Below, piece after piece: positions 1 through 10,444 of a stretch of 64,000 nucleotides of DNA (position 1 is the first letter of the stretch; the number at the start of each line of letters is the position of its first letter). Location: the NCBI GenBank assembly GCA_965215335.1, contig CBDCDA010000001.1, forward strand, positions 96,001 to 160,000. Direction: 5' to 3'. The DNA is from an uncultured Candidatus Entotheonella sp. (GTDB lineage: Bacteria > Tectomicrobia > Entotheonellia > Entotheonellales > Entotheonellaceae). Below the pieces are notes generated by a model. The model was not told the origin of the DNA. It saw only the letters and a program-made list of their open reading frames with translations, and searched no databases. The position numbers were made by a program, and so were the translations under genes.

Positions 1-759
1 CCGAAGACCGGTATCGGCGCCTGGAGCGATGCGGATTTCCTCCGCGCCATGACGCTGGGCGTGGGTCCGTCGGGGGTGCAGTATTTTCCCGTCTTTCCAT
101 ACACCTCCTTCACCCGGATGACGAGGCAGGACGTGCTGGATCTGAAAGCCTACCTCTTCTCCATACCTCCCGTTGCGCGGGCCAACCAAGCCCACGAGCT
201 GAAGGCTCCCTTCGGCTGGCGCTTGGGCATACGGGTGTGGAAGTGGCTGTACTTTCAACCCGGCACCCTGAAACCGGACCCCGCCCGGTCCCCGCAATGG
301 AACCGGGGCGCGTATCTCGTGCAGGCCCTCGGTCATTGCGGTGAATGTCACACCCCGCGCAATCTTCTGGGCGGCCTGCAGAAGGGCAGGCCGCACGCCG
401 GCACCGCCGACGGCCCGGACGGCGAGCTGGCCCCGAACATCACCCCCGACACGGCCACGGGTATTGGCTCATGGGACCCTGCCGATCTCGTCTGGTTTCT
501 CCAAATGGGGCTGAAACCCGACGGCGACGATACCCAGGGACTGATGAGCGAGCTCATCGAAACCGGCTACAGCCATCTCAGTGCGGCCGACCTGGAGGCG
601 ATAACCGTCTATATCCAGTCTTTACCTGCCATTCACAACGAGGTCGTCCCGCCGGAGAAGCAGACCCGAGACAACCGTGATATCGGCCCGGGACAACGTC
701 GTACAATGCGCTGCTGCCTGGCAGTCGCAACGGAATCCCACGTCACAGCGCAGCCATGA
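1..759 (+). CDS. c-type cytochrome (gluconate/alcohol dehydrogenase cytochrome c subunit-like), 5'-truncated by window edge
   Basis: Frame open from base 1 (PKTGIGAWSDADFLRAM...); YFPVFPYTSF, RGAYLVQALGHCGECHTPR (CxxCH), APNITPD..TGIGSW. Confidence 0.85.
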   Translation, partial: PKTGIGAWSDADFLRAMTLGVGPSGVQYFPVFPYTSFTRMTRQDVLDLKAYLFSIPPVARANQAHELKAPFGWRLGIRVWKWLYFQPGTLKPDPARSPQWNRGAYLVQALGHCGECHTPRNLLGGLQKGRPHAGTADGPDGELAPNITPDTATGIGSWDPADLVWFLQMGLKPDGDDTQGLMSELIETGYSHLSAADLEAITVYIQSLPAIHNEVVPPEKQTRDNRDIGPGQRRTMRCCLAVATESHVTAQP

Positions 760-768
760 AGGGGCATC

Positions 769-1944
769 ATGAGCAACACGCCGATCATCGAACGCATCCA
801 GATCACCCGTTACCGCTTTCCGTTCGAGAACGTCGGGTACGACCCCAGCTTCGCCATGGGAGCCTTCTACGAACCCGGCCAGCAGGGCGCCCGCTCGGCC
901 TTGGGCATCCGCATCCATACCGACGTGGGCGTGACCGGCGAATAAGTCAGCATCGCGCCTGCGACCTTCGAGCAGATCAAGATGTTCGCGTCGTTCCTGA
1001 TCGGCAGGAACGCCCTCGAACGCGAGCGCTTCTACAACCAGGCCAAGGTGATCCTGCGCAAGAACGACCGCATGGGCATCGGCCCCATCGACATCGCCCT
1101 TTGGGACTTGGCGGGCAAGTTCCACCAGGCACCGGTCTACCGGCTGCTGGGCGGCTACCGCGAAGACCTGCCGACCTACGCCAGCACCTACCACGCCGAC
1201 CGCACCCCCGGCGGCCTGGACTGCCCGGAGGCGTTCGCCGATTTCGCCGAGCAGTGCCTTGAAATGGGCTACCAGGGATTCAAGATTCACTCCTGGGGCG
1301 AAGGCCCCATCGCGCAGGAGGTCGCCACCGTGCACGCCGTCGGGCGGCGCGTTGGCGGGAAAATGGCCCTGATGCTCGATCCGTGCTGCGCTTACAACAC
1401 CTACGCCGATGCCTTGCGGGTCGGGCGGGCTTGCGACGCCGAGGGATTTTTCTGGTACGAGGACCCGCTCAAGGACGGTGGCGTGTCGCACTACGCGCAC
1501 CGGCAACTGCGCCGTGCCCTGACCACGCCGCTGCTGCAGGGCGAGCACCTGCACCTCGTCGAGGCGCACGTTGACATGGCGGCCGCCGAGGCCACCGACT
1601 TCGCGCGCGCCGACCCCGAGTACGACGGCGGCATTACCGGCGTCATGAAAATCGCCCACGCCGCGGAGGGCTTCGGCATGGACCTGGAACTGCACATCGC
1701 CGGCCCGGCGCAGCGCCACTGCATGGCCACCATGCGCAATTCCAATTTTTACGAGATGGGGCTGGTGCATCCGAAGCTGGACAACATCGTGTCGCTGCCC
1801 ATCTATCAGGACGGCTACGCCGACGAGCTGACGAGCATCGACAAGACCGGCTGCGTGCGGGTGCCGCAAGGGCCGGGCCTGGGCGTCGGCTACGACTGGG
1901 CCGCGGCGGAACGGTTCCGCGTGGATGAAGTGGTGATCAAATAG
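769..1944 (+). pseudogene. Mandelate racemase/muconate lactonizing (enolase superfamily) enzyme with in-frame TAA at 943-945
   Basis: ATG 769 reads MSNTPIIERIQITRY...IHTDVGVTGE*VSIAP in frame with ORF 982-1944 (IDIALWDL, KIH, LMLD, WYEDP, QGE, GPGLG). Confidence 0.8.
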
Positions 1945-1962
1945 GCGGGAATTGGCCACCGC

Positions 1963-3531
1963 TCAAATGATCGGCGGCCCGGTATAGCGCTCATCCCACG
2001 GTCCGCCGGCGCGTGCCCGCCGCATGGCCGCCGGCAGCATCCGCAGGATGTCCGACGCCACCAGGCCGTCGGCGCCGGTTTCGGCAGCGGCCAGGTCGCC
2101 CGCCACGCCGTGCGTGAAGACGCCCATGCGTACCGCCTCGGGAATCCCGAGACGCAACCCGGACATGGCGGCAATGACGCCGGTGAGGACGTCACCCGAC
2201 CCCGGCGTCGCCATGCCGGAATTGCCGCTCAGGTTGATGAACACCTGCCCGTCGGCGGTGCCGATCAGCGAGTGTGCGCCTTTCAGAACGATCAACGCTC
2301 CGAGCCGCACCGCGGTTTCCTGGACGACAGCAATCCGGTCGACTTCCACTTCGCTGACAGACCGCCCGGTCAGGCGGGCCATTTCGCCGGTGTGCGGGGT
2401 CAGAATGGTCGGTGCCTGCCGGTCGGCGAGAATCGACGGCTCCCCGCCCAGTGCCGTGATGCCGTCGCCGTCGATCAGCAGCGGCTTGTGCAACCCGGCA
2501 GCCAGCTGGCGCGCCAGCTGCTGCGATTCCGCGTCCAGCGACAATCCGGGGCCAAGCACCACGAAATCCACGCGGTCAGCGAGTTCCAACAGGGCCGCCT
2601 TGTTGCCGAGGGCGATGCTGCCTGCACGTGTTTCGCGCTGCGGCGCAAAGACAATTTCAGGGCCTTTGTTCGCCAGGAACGGCGTCATGGCGGCGGGGGA
2701 AGCGAGGCGCGCGTAACCGCCACCGGCTTTCAGGAACGACATGGCGGCCAGGTACGGAGCGCCGAAATAACTACCCGCCCCGGCGATGAACAGCGCGTCG
2801 CCGAACGTTCCCTTGTGGCCCTGCGGGTCGCGCGGCGGCAGCGGCAGGGGATCATTGATGGCCACCCGCAGACCGGCCGCCTCGATCATGGAAGGCGGGA
2901 AGGACAGGGGAGAGACGTACAGCTTCCCGCTGTGGTCAAAGCCGGGCCACAGCAGGTTGCCGCGCTTGGGCAGGCCGAAGGTGACGGTCAGATCGGCCCG
3001 TACGGCGGCGCCCATGACCGCGCCGGTGTCACCGTGTATACCGGAGGGCACGTCGAGGCTCAGCACGGTCCTGCCACTGCCGTTGATCTGCTCGATGACC
3101 TGGCGTTGCAGGCCCGCCACCGGACGGGAAAGCCCCGTACCCAGCAGGGCATCCACAACCACGTCGCAGGCAACCAGGTCGGCGGCCAGAGGACCCATTT
3201 CTTTGAGGGTATCAACCCTGACCGGCAGGCGGGACAGGATGTGCCGATTTTTCAGGGCGGCGCCACGGAGGCGGCTTTCGTCGCCGACCACGGTCACCCT
3301 CACGGGGGCATTGGCAGCATGCAGGCGTCGCGCCACCACGAAGCCGTCGCCACCGTTGTTGCCGACGCCACAGATGACGACAAAGTTTTTGCTCGTGACA
3401 CCGATCTCGCGCCCGAGCACTGCGCAGGCGGCCTCACCGGCGTTCTCCATAAGGAGATCCTCGGGAATACCGAAACCCTCAATCGCCTCGCGGTCCAGCG
3501 CCCGTATTTCTGCAACACTGCTGACTTTCAT
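1963..3531 (-). CDS. nnr: Bifunctional NAD(P)HX epimerase/dehydratase (YjeF/Nnr)
   Basis: LMENAG, GVGNNGGDG, VDALLGTG, SLDVPSG, GHKGTFG, GPGL, LTPHTGE, LKGA, GSGDVLTG. Confidence 0.95.
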   Translation of the reverse strand: MKVSSVAEIRALDREAIEGFGIPEDLLMENAGEAACAVLGREIGVTSKNFVVICGVGNNGGDGFVVARRLHAANAPVRVTVVGDESRLRGAALKNRHILSRLPVRVDTLKEMGPLAADLVACDVVVDALLGTGLSRPVAGLQRQVIEQINGSGRTVLSLDVPSGIHGDTGAVMGAAVRADLTVTFGLPKRGNLLWPGFDHSGKLYVSPLSFPPSMIEAAGLRVAINDPLPLPPRDPQGHKGTFGDALFIAGAGSYFGAPYLAAMSFLKAGGGYARLASPAAMTPFLANKGPEIVFAPQRETRAGSIALGNKAALLELADRVDFVVLGPGLSLDAESQQLARQLAAGLHKPLLIDGDGITALGGEPSILADRQAPTILTPHTGEMARLTGRSVSEVEVDRIAVVQETAVRLGALIVLKGAHSLIGTADGQVFINLSGNSGMATPGSGDVLTGVIAAMSGLRLGIPEAVRMGVFTHGVAGDLAAAETGADGLVASDILRMLPAAMRRARAGGPWDERYTGPPII

Positions 3532-3581
3532 AGCCCCCACCTTCCATCACGCTGTCAAATATCTGAGCGACAAACCAAAAC

Positions 3582-3607
3582 TACTTATAGTCTGCAGACT
3601 CAAAGGC
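3582..3607 (+). promoter_or_regulatory. C-box (R-M controller operator)
   Basis: TACT-TAT-AGTC-TGCA-GACT-CAA-AGGC resembles the GACT-N3-AGTC-N4-GACT-N3-AGTC double operator of C.PvuII-type controllers, upstream of an XRE controller gene. Confidence 0.75.
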
Positions 3608-3873
3608 ATCATCCTGCCAAAATTACTTCTTGGGTCTTCGTTCGCAACCCTCATTCTCAACACTCAGAGGTCAGAGGAATGATGAGCGACAAGCGACTCA
3701 GAAAACCAAGTCGAGAAGTGACGCAAATTCTTGCGGACAACATCCGAACTTATAGAAAAGTGAAGCGCCTCTCGCAAGAAGAACTCGCCGATAGGTGCGA
3801 TTTGCACCGGACCTACGTGGGTTCGGTAGAGCGAGGGGAGCGTAACGTGACACTCAGCACCTTGGAAACCTTA

Positions 3874-5166
3874 GGAATTTGTCGCAAATTAGTTTTTCAT
3901 GCTTTGAGTTTTGTGTTTCAATTGTTCCATGAGGCGCGATCACGAACTCGAAGCCACCATTGTTGAGAAGTACGCGGTGATCGAAGCGTTTCTTGATGAG
4001 CGTGGGCGTCGTATCTGGGCAGCCACGGAGTCGCGTGCCATCGGCTATGGAGGAGATGCCCTGGTGTCGGATGCGACAGGATTGTCGCGCCCGACCATTC
4101 GGGCGGGACGCCGAGAGCTGGCAGGTGGTGGCACTGAGTTTGGCCGGGTGCGCCGACCGGGCGCTGGACGACCGGGCATCGAGCAGTCTCAGCCGGGCAT
4201 CAAGCAAGCGCTGGAGCAGTTGGTTGATCCGTTGACTCGCGGCGACCCGCAGTCGCCGTTGAGGTGGACGTGCAAGAGCAAAGCGAAGCTCACCGTGGCG
4301 CTGTCGAAGGCTGGCTGGAAGGTCAGTTCGACGACGGTGGGCCGTTTACTGCATGAGCTCGGCTATCGCCTGCAATCGGTGCGCAAGAGTCGAGAAGGGG
4401 CGTCGCACCCCGATCGCAATGCACAGTTCGAACATATCAATTCAAAGGCAGATGAGTTTTTGCAACGCGGTCAGCCGGTGGTATCGGTCGACACCAAGAA
4501 GAAGGAGTTGGTGGGTGATTTCAAGAACGCTGGCCGGGAGTGGCAACCGAAGGGGCAGCCCGAGCAATCACGGGTTCACGACTTTCCTCAGGACGCGACG
4601 GGCAAGGCCATTCCCTATGGCATCTATGATATGGGAGGCAACGAAGCATGGGTCAGTGTTGGGTGTGACCACGACACGCCGGCGTTCGCGGTGGCCTCGC
4701 TGCGGCGGTGGTGGGACGAGATGGGCAAGCGTCGCTACTCCGAGGCTCGTGAGCTATTCATCACTGCCGATGCGGGCGGTAGCAACGGGTATCGCTGTCG
4801 CGCCTGGAAGCACGGACTGCAACAGTTTGCCGACGAGACGGGTGTGCGCATCCACGTCAGCCACTTCCCGCCCGGTACCAGCAAATGGAACAAGATCGAG
4901 CATCGTCTGTTCTGCCACATCACGCAGAATTGGCGAGGCAAGCCGTTGCGGACCTTTGAGACCATAGTCGATTTGATCGGCAATACGCGTACCAACGCAG
5001 GTCTTCGGGTCAGAGCCGAACTTGACGCAAGAACATACCCGACCGCAGTGGTGACGACGAACGCCGAGATGGACGCCCTGTCGCTCCATCGCAACGCGTT
5101 CCACGGCGACTGGAACTATGAGTTACACCCACGATGAAGTTGGAAACCTAAATTGGATCAAATTCC
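3874..5166 (+). mobile_element. ISAzo13-family insertion sequence (1293 bp)
   Basis: Imperfect terminal IRs GGAATTTGTCGCAAATTAGTTTT / revcomp GGAATTTGATCCAATTTAGGTTT; 3-bp target duplication TTA at 3871-3873 and 5167-5169. Confidence 0.92.
3929..5137 (+). CDS. ISAzo13-family DDE transposase
   Basis: RGDPQSPLRWTCKS, SVDTKKKELVG, ITADAGGSNG, PPGTSKWNKIEHRLF, FHGDWNY. Confidence 0.93.
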   Translation: MRRDHELEATIVEKYAVIEAFLDERGRRIWAATESRAIGYGGDALVSDATGLSRPTIRAGRRELAGGGTEFGRVRRPGAGRPGIEQSQPGIKQALEQLVDPLTRGDPQSPLRWTCKSKAKLTVALSKAGWKVSSTTVGRLLHELGYRLQSVRKSREGASHPDRNAQFEHINSKADEFLQRGQPVVSVDTKKKELVGDFKNAGREWQPKGQPEQSRVHDFPQDATGKAIPYGIYDMGGNEAWVSVGCDHDTPAFAVASLRRWWDEMGKRRYSEARELFITADAGGSNGYRCRAWKHGLQQFADETGVRIHVSHFPPGTSKWNKIEHRLFCHITQNWRGKPLRTFETIVDLIGNTRTNAGLRVRAELDARTYPTAVVTTNAEMDALSLHRNAFHGDWNYELHPR

Positions 5167-5224
5167 TTAGCTACGACCCTTGGTGTGAGCATCCCGGGAC
5201 TTCTGACCAAGAGAGCATTTGAGA

Positions 5225-6278
5225 GTGACGACTGATGTTCCCAACCCGGAGCGGTATTTTGAGGCAATCCGGCAGAACGGCCTATCGATCTACGATCCTG
5301 TCAAGATGGGTGATCCTGAACGATGGATTCCGACGCCGGAACTGGAACAACTACTTAACGCGGCCATGGCAGGTATCTCACTCGTCGGGTTACCGCTACG
5401 AACCCGTTCGAAAGTCGTCAAGGAACACATTTGCCGGGCGCCTGGCTACCCGGTTCCATCGAGCTTCAGGAGGACGCAACCAAGTTTCCCGGGACAGCTT
5501 TTCGATACCTACGTTCAGAAGTCGAACAATCTTCAGGTTTGGAATGAAAAACTTGCCTCTATGAGGCGTTATGTGATCATCCGGGTCGGTGAGGACGACG
5601 TCATCACCAGAGTAAAAGTGATCCTGGGCAACCGTCTGGCGTTGCTGGACAGAACGGGCACGCTGACAGAGAAGTATCAAGCACGCCTGACTGTCAGCGT
5701 GCCAAAAGGAGAATTGGTCACACACGAGGGTACGGAACTTCTTCGACCGTTCGTGCGCGTCGGGGTCGATCTCACAGCCATCGCAAGCCCGACCTATCAC
5801 CCTCGGAGGGGACAATTGTTGCCGATTCAAGGAGATATACAACCGGTTACAGGCTCTCATCGGACAAGGCTTCGCAGATACCGGCTATGACCAAGAACGT
5901 AACCGGGGCGCGGCATTGCATCGTCTGGTCTGTCAACGTCTGGGATATGCCGACTACCAGGACGACGGGCAATTCCCAGACGTTCGCCATCAGCTTCTTG
6001 AGGTGAAGCTGCAAACCTCCCCAACCATCGATCTCGGCCTGGTTTGCCCGGACAGCAAAGAAGCCCTTGATGTTCCAAATATCGAAGGCCAGAAGATTCG
6101 CCACTGTGATGTTCGTTACGCGTTGTTTTATGCAGCGACGGATGGACAGAACGTAACCCTGACGCACTTGTTCCTGACGACGGGCGAAGAGTTTTTCACG
6201 CGGTTCCCGCAGTTCCAGGGAAAAGTGTTGAACAGAAAGCTCCAGATACCACTTCCGGCAAGTTTCTTCGAGGATTAA
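5225..6278 (+). pseudogene. Type II restriction endonuclease (probable partner of the ClaI/BseCI-like MTase), frameshifted at ~5828-5832
   Basis: Overlaps the end of the C gene; ...QLLPIQ then the +1 frame continues EIYNRLQALIGQGFADTGYDQERNRGAALHRLVC...QFPDVRHQLLEVKLQTSPTIDLG (PD..EVK motif). Confidence 0.8.
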
Positions 6279-6380
6279 CCGTCGATGAGCAGCTTCAATG
6301 GCACTAGACAGATTCCCCCGATTTTGCCCCTCTGACGCAAGCAGATGACTTCTTTTCCGTTACAAACACAGTTTGCAGAC

Positions 6381-8117
6381 TTAGGCAGGGCTGCCTCCGC
6401 AAAGGGCTTTCCAGACCATGGTGTCCAACTCCTTCTGAAGTTGCTCGGCTTCAGGGGAGGGCGTACAGTCGTATATCTGCTTCGCCTTGGCAATGATGTT
6501 CTTCCCGATTGATTTATCGGGATTGGGCAGAGGGAATTGCTCAACGTACTGCGTAATGAAACGGCGGCGGCCGGGGTAGAGCTTGTTGTGGAAACGACAA
6601 TCGTAAAACCGCTCGATGAAGGCGGAATTCCCGACAGCAACGGCCAGCCATAGCAGGTCAGTCTGTTCGGGATTCTGACAGATGAGCCAATAGCAGTCGC
6701 CATTCACGACAGAACCATTCAAATCGACCCAAAATGTTGGTTTCTCGGCAATGTCCCGAAAGACGAGTTTGGGGGGCGCCCAGGCGCTTGGGTTCTGCGG
6801 CACCCAGATTTCATACCATTCCCGGCCGGCCTTAACGACGTATTTGCGGCTTTCGAGGTTCGCGCGGTAGGCTGCAAGATAGGCTCGGCTGCGGGGATAT
6901 TGTGCCAGATCCACAGCCCGGCGGTATCCCTGAACAACCTCATGCGGGTAGAGGATCTCAATTGGCCGCTCAAGAGTATGGGGCTTGAAGCGGCGCGCGA
7001 CGTGATGCGTGGTGAGCTGCCTGAGAAGCTCGGGCCGGGTGCTCTCTGACATGTTCTGCCAGTCATCCCGAATGAAAATCTTGTCGGCGCAGGTTTTGAC
7101 GCCAACACGGATTTTTCCGATGTCGCAGAAAGTGCCCCAACGATGCGCGTCTACGGTGGTCAGCCAGGTATCAACAGCTTTCGTAGCGATGCGCCAAACA
7201 CCGCTGGGAGTGCCACTTGTATCGAGCTTGCCGTGTTGGACCTGGAAATGCCTTCCATCCTCAATCTCGACCACGCCTTCCGCGTCAAGGGCGCTGATTG
7301 GGTCGGTGGCCGTTCGACATGCCGGCTCGGAAGTCTGGTAGATCGATGTGAAAGCCGAGACTTTCGTCCTTTCACCGTCCTTGCCTTCAACGAGCAACAC
7401 GACGGGAAGCACAGCGGCGTTAAAGAGTTTGGTATCGCCTAAATCCCAAGCGTGATGGATTCGGAAGTGACCGAGCAGGGCTTGCCGGACAGACGCACCC
7501 GATTTCGTGGTCATGAAGCGGTTGGAGACAATGATCCCGGCGATGCCGCAGGGCTTGAGCACCTGAGACATACCGAGAATAAAGGCGTAGTAGAGGTCCA
7601 CACGACCGGTCAGACCAAATTGCGCCGCGAGAAGCTGGGCTCGCGTGGTTCCCATGATTTGGGTTCGGACATAGGGGGGATTGGCTATGATAAGGTCGTA
7701 GCCCTCATGAACTGCAGCATGGAATAAGCTGCCGAGACCGCCGATTCTGAAACGATCAAGGGCAAACTCAAGAAAATTGTCCGACTTAAAATGGAGAGAT
7801 ACTCCAGGAAAACGTTGCTTGAGACGCTCCGCGGCAGTATCAAGGGCGTTGGGATCGGTCTCAAATCCATGGACTTCCATTGTTGAATCCGGCTGATTGG
7901 GCAGGTGATCGAGAAGGCTGACGATGAGTTCTCCGTGGCCGACAGCAGGGTCGAGAATGCGGAGTGGACGGTCAGTTGGGAGGTCTCTGGCGAGCCGGAC
8001 GATTTGTCGTGCAACAAAATCCGCCAGGCTCTTGGGGGTGTATGTCGCTCCACCAATCTTTTCTTCACTGACCCTACGATAACGCTCTGTAGAGCGTGGC
8101 TGACAGAATGCTTCCAT
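6381..8117 (-). CDS. Gamma-class N6-adenine DNA methyltransferase, M.BseCI/M.BanIII (ClaI isoschizomer, ATCGAT)-like
   Basis: ILDPAVGHGEL, IIANPPYVRTQ, GRVDLYYAF, SNRFMTTKSG, RKYV.KAGREWYEIWVP and NKLY.GRRRF.TQYV match the recalled M.BseCI sequence; 578 aa. Confidence 0.85.
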   Translation of the reverse strand: MEAFCQPRSTERYRRVSEEKIGGATYTPKSLADFVARQIVRLARDLPTDRPLRILDPAVGHGELIVSLLDHLPNQPDSTMEVHGFETDPNALDTAAERLKQRFPGVSLHFKSDNFLEFALDRFRIGGLGSLFHAAVHEGYDLIIANPPYVRTQIMGTTRAQLLAAQFGLTGRVDLYYAFILGMSQVLKPCGIAGIIVSNRFMTTKSGASVRQALLGHFRIHHAWDLGDTKLFNAAVLPVVLLVEGKDGERTKVSAFTSIYQTSEPACRTATDPISALDAEGVVEIEDGRHFQVQHGKLDTSGTPSGVWRIATKAVDTWLTTVDAHRWGTFCDIGKIRVGVKTCADKIFIRDDWQNMSESTRPELLRQLTTHHVARRFKPHTLERPIEILYPHEVVQGYRRAVDLAQYPRSRAYLAAYRANLESRKYVVKAGREWYEIWVPQNPSAWAPPKLVFRDIAEKPTFWVDLNGSVVNGDCYWLICQNPEQTDLLWLAVAVGNSAFIERFYDCRFHNKLYPGRRRFITQYVEQFPLPNPDKSIGKNIIAKAKQIYDCTPSPEAEQLQKELDTMVWKALCGGSPA

Positions 8118-8236
8118 TATTGATTTCCAGGAGGGTGAAGATGGATGTCAATTCGCTACTTATGGTCATCTTGTTACACCTGTTTGTCAATTACAAACCA
8201 ATCCCCGAATCGTCTGCCCGTTCATAAGGCAGGCCC

Positions 8237-9067
8237 GTGACACAACAGCCGCCCGGCGCCACCGATTCCGGGCCGTCCCGTTTGCCATCAGCCCTTGATC
8301 CTGGTACCGATCTGGCGCAGCAGTTAGAGCTCAAACGGCCCGTCGTGTTCCTGGATTACGACGGCACCCTGACCCCCATTGTGGCACGTCCCGAGTTGGC
8401 CACTCTGGATGGAGCGGTGCGCCGCACACTCATGGCGCTGGCCGAACGATGCCCGGTGGCGATTGTCAGCGGCCGCGACCGCGCCGACGTGCAACGACTG
8501 GTCGATGTGGACGGCCTCATCTACGCCGGCAGCCACGGGTTCGATATCCGCGGTCCAGGAATGCAAAGCGAGCACGGCGCCGCGTTTCTGCCGGACCTGG
8601 ACGCTGCGGAGGCAGACCTGCGGCAGTCTCTCGCCCACCTTCAGGGGGCATTGCTGGAGCGCAAGCGGTATTCGCTGGCCGTGCACGTGCGGGGACTGGT
8701 GCGGGATGCCGCCCTTGCCGTCGAGGCTGTTGTCGATGCCGCCCTCAGCCGCCATACCCGCCTGCACAAGGGCACAGGCAAGATGGTATTCGAGTTGCTG
8801 CCGCGCCTGGATTGGCATAAAGGCAAGGCCGTTCTTCACATCCTGGAGATCCTGCGACTTCCCGACGCCGAGGTCTTGCCCATTTACATCGGCGACGACC
8901 GTACCGACGAGGACGCCTTCACCGCCTTGGCCGGGCGCGGCACCGGCATCCTGATCGCCGAGTCGCCACGCCGAACCGCGGCCCGCTATACCCTACGCAA
9001 TCCTGACGAGGTGCACCGCTTCCTGCAGCGTCTTGTCGGCGCTGCCAAGCCCCCGCCGCTGCCTTGA
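8237..9067 (+). CDS. otsB: Trehalose-6-phosphate phosphatase
   Basis: FLDYDGTLTPIV, IVSGR, YAGSHG, GKMVFEL.P, WHKGKAV, YIGDDRTDEDAF. Confidence 0.93.
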   Translation: MTQQPPGATDSGPSRLPSALDPGTDLAQQLELKRPVVFLDYDGTLTPIVARPELATLDGAVRRTLMALAERCPVAIVSGRDRADVQRLVDVDGLIYAGSHGFDIRGPGMQSEHGAAFLPDLDAAEADLRQSLAHLQGALLERKRYSLAVHVRGLVRDAALAVEAVVDAALSRHTRLHKGTGKMVFELLPRLDWHKGKAVLHILEILRLPDAEVLPIYIGDDRTDEDAFTALAGRGTGILIAESPRRTAARYTLRNPDEVHRFLQRLVGAAKPPPLP

Positions 9068-9137
9068 TCCTGCACGGCACGGGACGTATCATGATCGTTG
9101 CTTCGCAAGAGCAATGCCAGTGAAAAGGGGACTACGC

Positions 9138-10136
9138 ATGCAAATGAAAGCAGCCGTTTATCACGGGCCGCGGGACATCCGAGTGGAACAAGTGGACCGG
9201 CCGGAAATCGGCGATCACGACGTACTGGTACGGGTGAAGGCGTGCGGCATCTGCGGCTCCGACCTGCACATGTACCGGCTCGGAATGTTCGAGGTACTTG
9301 GGCGCCCGCTTGACGACCACCGGCGCGTCATGGGCCACGAATTGAGTGGCGAGATCGTCGAGGTGGGCAAGGACGTCAGCGGTTTTCAGGTCGGCGACCG
9401 CATCACCGGGGTGGGGCAGGGCGGCTTTGCGGAGTACGTGCCGGTGCCGGTTACCGAGCGCAGCCCGCACCTTCTGCCGGAGCCGATCAGCTTCGAGGAC
9501 GGTGCCACGCTCGAACCCCTGGCCACCTCTCTGCACGGCGTCTCGCTCGGGCAGCCCGCCGCTGGCGAAACGGTGGTGGTGCTCGGCGCCGGTATTATCG
9601 GCCTAGGCTGTGTCCAGGCCATGCGAGCGACGGTCGATTGCCGCATCATCGCCGTCGATGCCTCTGAACGTCGTCTGGACACGGCCAAGTCCCTCGGCGC
9701 CGATGCCACCGTCAACCTGAGCGAAACCGATTCGGTGGAGGCAGTGATCGAACTCACCGGCGGCGCCAGGCCCGTGGAGCGCTTCGGCGTTCGGGGCGGC
9801 AACGCCGATCTGATCATTGACTGCGCTGGCGCGCCGTCTTCGCCCAACCAGGGCTTGACCATGCTGAAGCAGCAGTACGGGCGCCTGGTGTTCGTCGCCC
9901 TATTCGAACGGCCTGCCGATCTGGATTTCAACCAGGTGGTGCGCAAGCACGTCGCCATTTACGGGTCCTGGACCTGGACCGGCACCGACTACCGCCGTGC
10001 CATCGAGCTTGTCGAAAGTGGCAAGATCCGCCGTCAGCCCTTGATTTCCCATGCCCTCGACCTGGATGAAGCTCCCGAGGGGTTCGCCATTCAGGACCAG
10101 CCCGGCGCCGCCATCAAGGTGGTCCTGAAACCCTGA
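9138..10136 (+). CDS. Zinc-dependent alcohol/threonine dehydrogenase (MDR family)
   Basis: CGICGSDLH, GHE, LEPLA, GAGIIG, IKVVLKP. Confidence 0.9.
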   Translation: MQMKAAVYHGPRDIRVEQVDRPEIGDHDVLVRVKACGICGSDLHMYRLGMFEVLGRPLDDHRRVMGHELSGEIVEVGKDVSGFQVGDRITGVGQGGFAEYVPVPVTERSPHLLPEPISFEDGATLEPLATSLHGVSLGQPAAGETVVVLGAGIIGLGCVQAMRATVDCRIIAVDASERRLDTAKSLGADATVNLSETDSVEAVIELTGGARPVERFGVRGGNADLIIDCAGAPSSPNQGLTMLKQQYGRLVFVALFERPADLDFNQVVRKHVAIYGSWTWTGTDYRRAIELVESGKIRRQPLISHALDLDEAPEGFAIQDQPGAAIKVVLKP

Positions 10137-10162
10137 ACGCCCGGATGCGGCAGCGTTTCCAG

Positions 10163-10187
10163 GGGGGCAGGTTGCAGACCTGCCCCC
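10163..10187. terminator. Perfect 10-bp hairpin between convergent genes (terminator or REP-like)
   Basis: GGGGGCAGGT-TGCAG-ACCTGCCCCC. Confidence 0.55.
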
Positions 10188-10189
10188 AA

Positions 10190-10426
10190 TCACTTCCGCA
10201 GAACCGTCGCCAGAAAATAATACATCCCCAGCACGATTCCGAGGATCGCCCCCACCAGCAGAAACGCCGGGTCCGTGCCCCAGCGCAAATCGACCCAGCG
10301 CCCTGCCAGCACCCCCAGCAGGATGGTGAGCACCAGCGTCCAGCCGACCTGCAGGTAGGGCCCTGCCGTGCGCATGGCCTCGGACCAGGACGACCCTGGA
10401 CGCGGCGGATTGCTGTCTGCCATCAC
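10190..10426 (-). CDS. AtpZ/AtpI (F0F1 gene 1)-family small membrane protein
   Basis: Two TM helices, G..AGRWVDLRWGTDPAFLLVGAILGIVLG pattern. Confidence 0.75.
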   Translation of the reverse strand: MMADSNPPRPGSSWSEAMRTAGPYLQVGWTLVLTILLGVLAGRWVDLRWGTDPAFLLVGAILGIVLGMYYFLATVLRK

Positions 10427-10444
10427 GGCTCTCCTTCTTCTGCC

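Larger units (their letters stand above)
3679..5235 (+). pseudogene. R-M controller (C protein, XRE HTH) interrupted by ISAzo13-family IS
   Basis: MMSDKRLRK...LSQEELADRCDLHRTYVGSVERGERNVTLSTLETL ends at 3873; removing the IS restores in-frame ATTLGVSIPGLLTKRAFESDD* (5170-5235). Confidence 0.9.
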
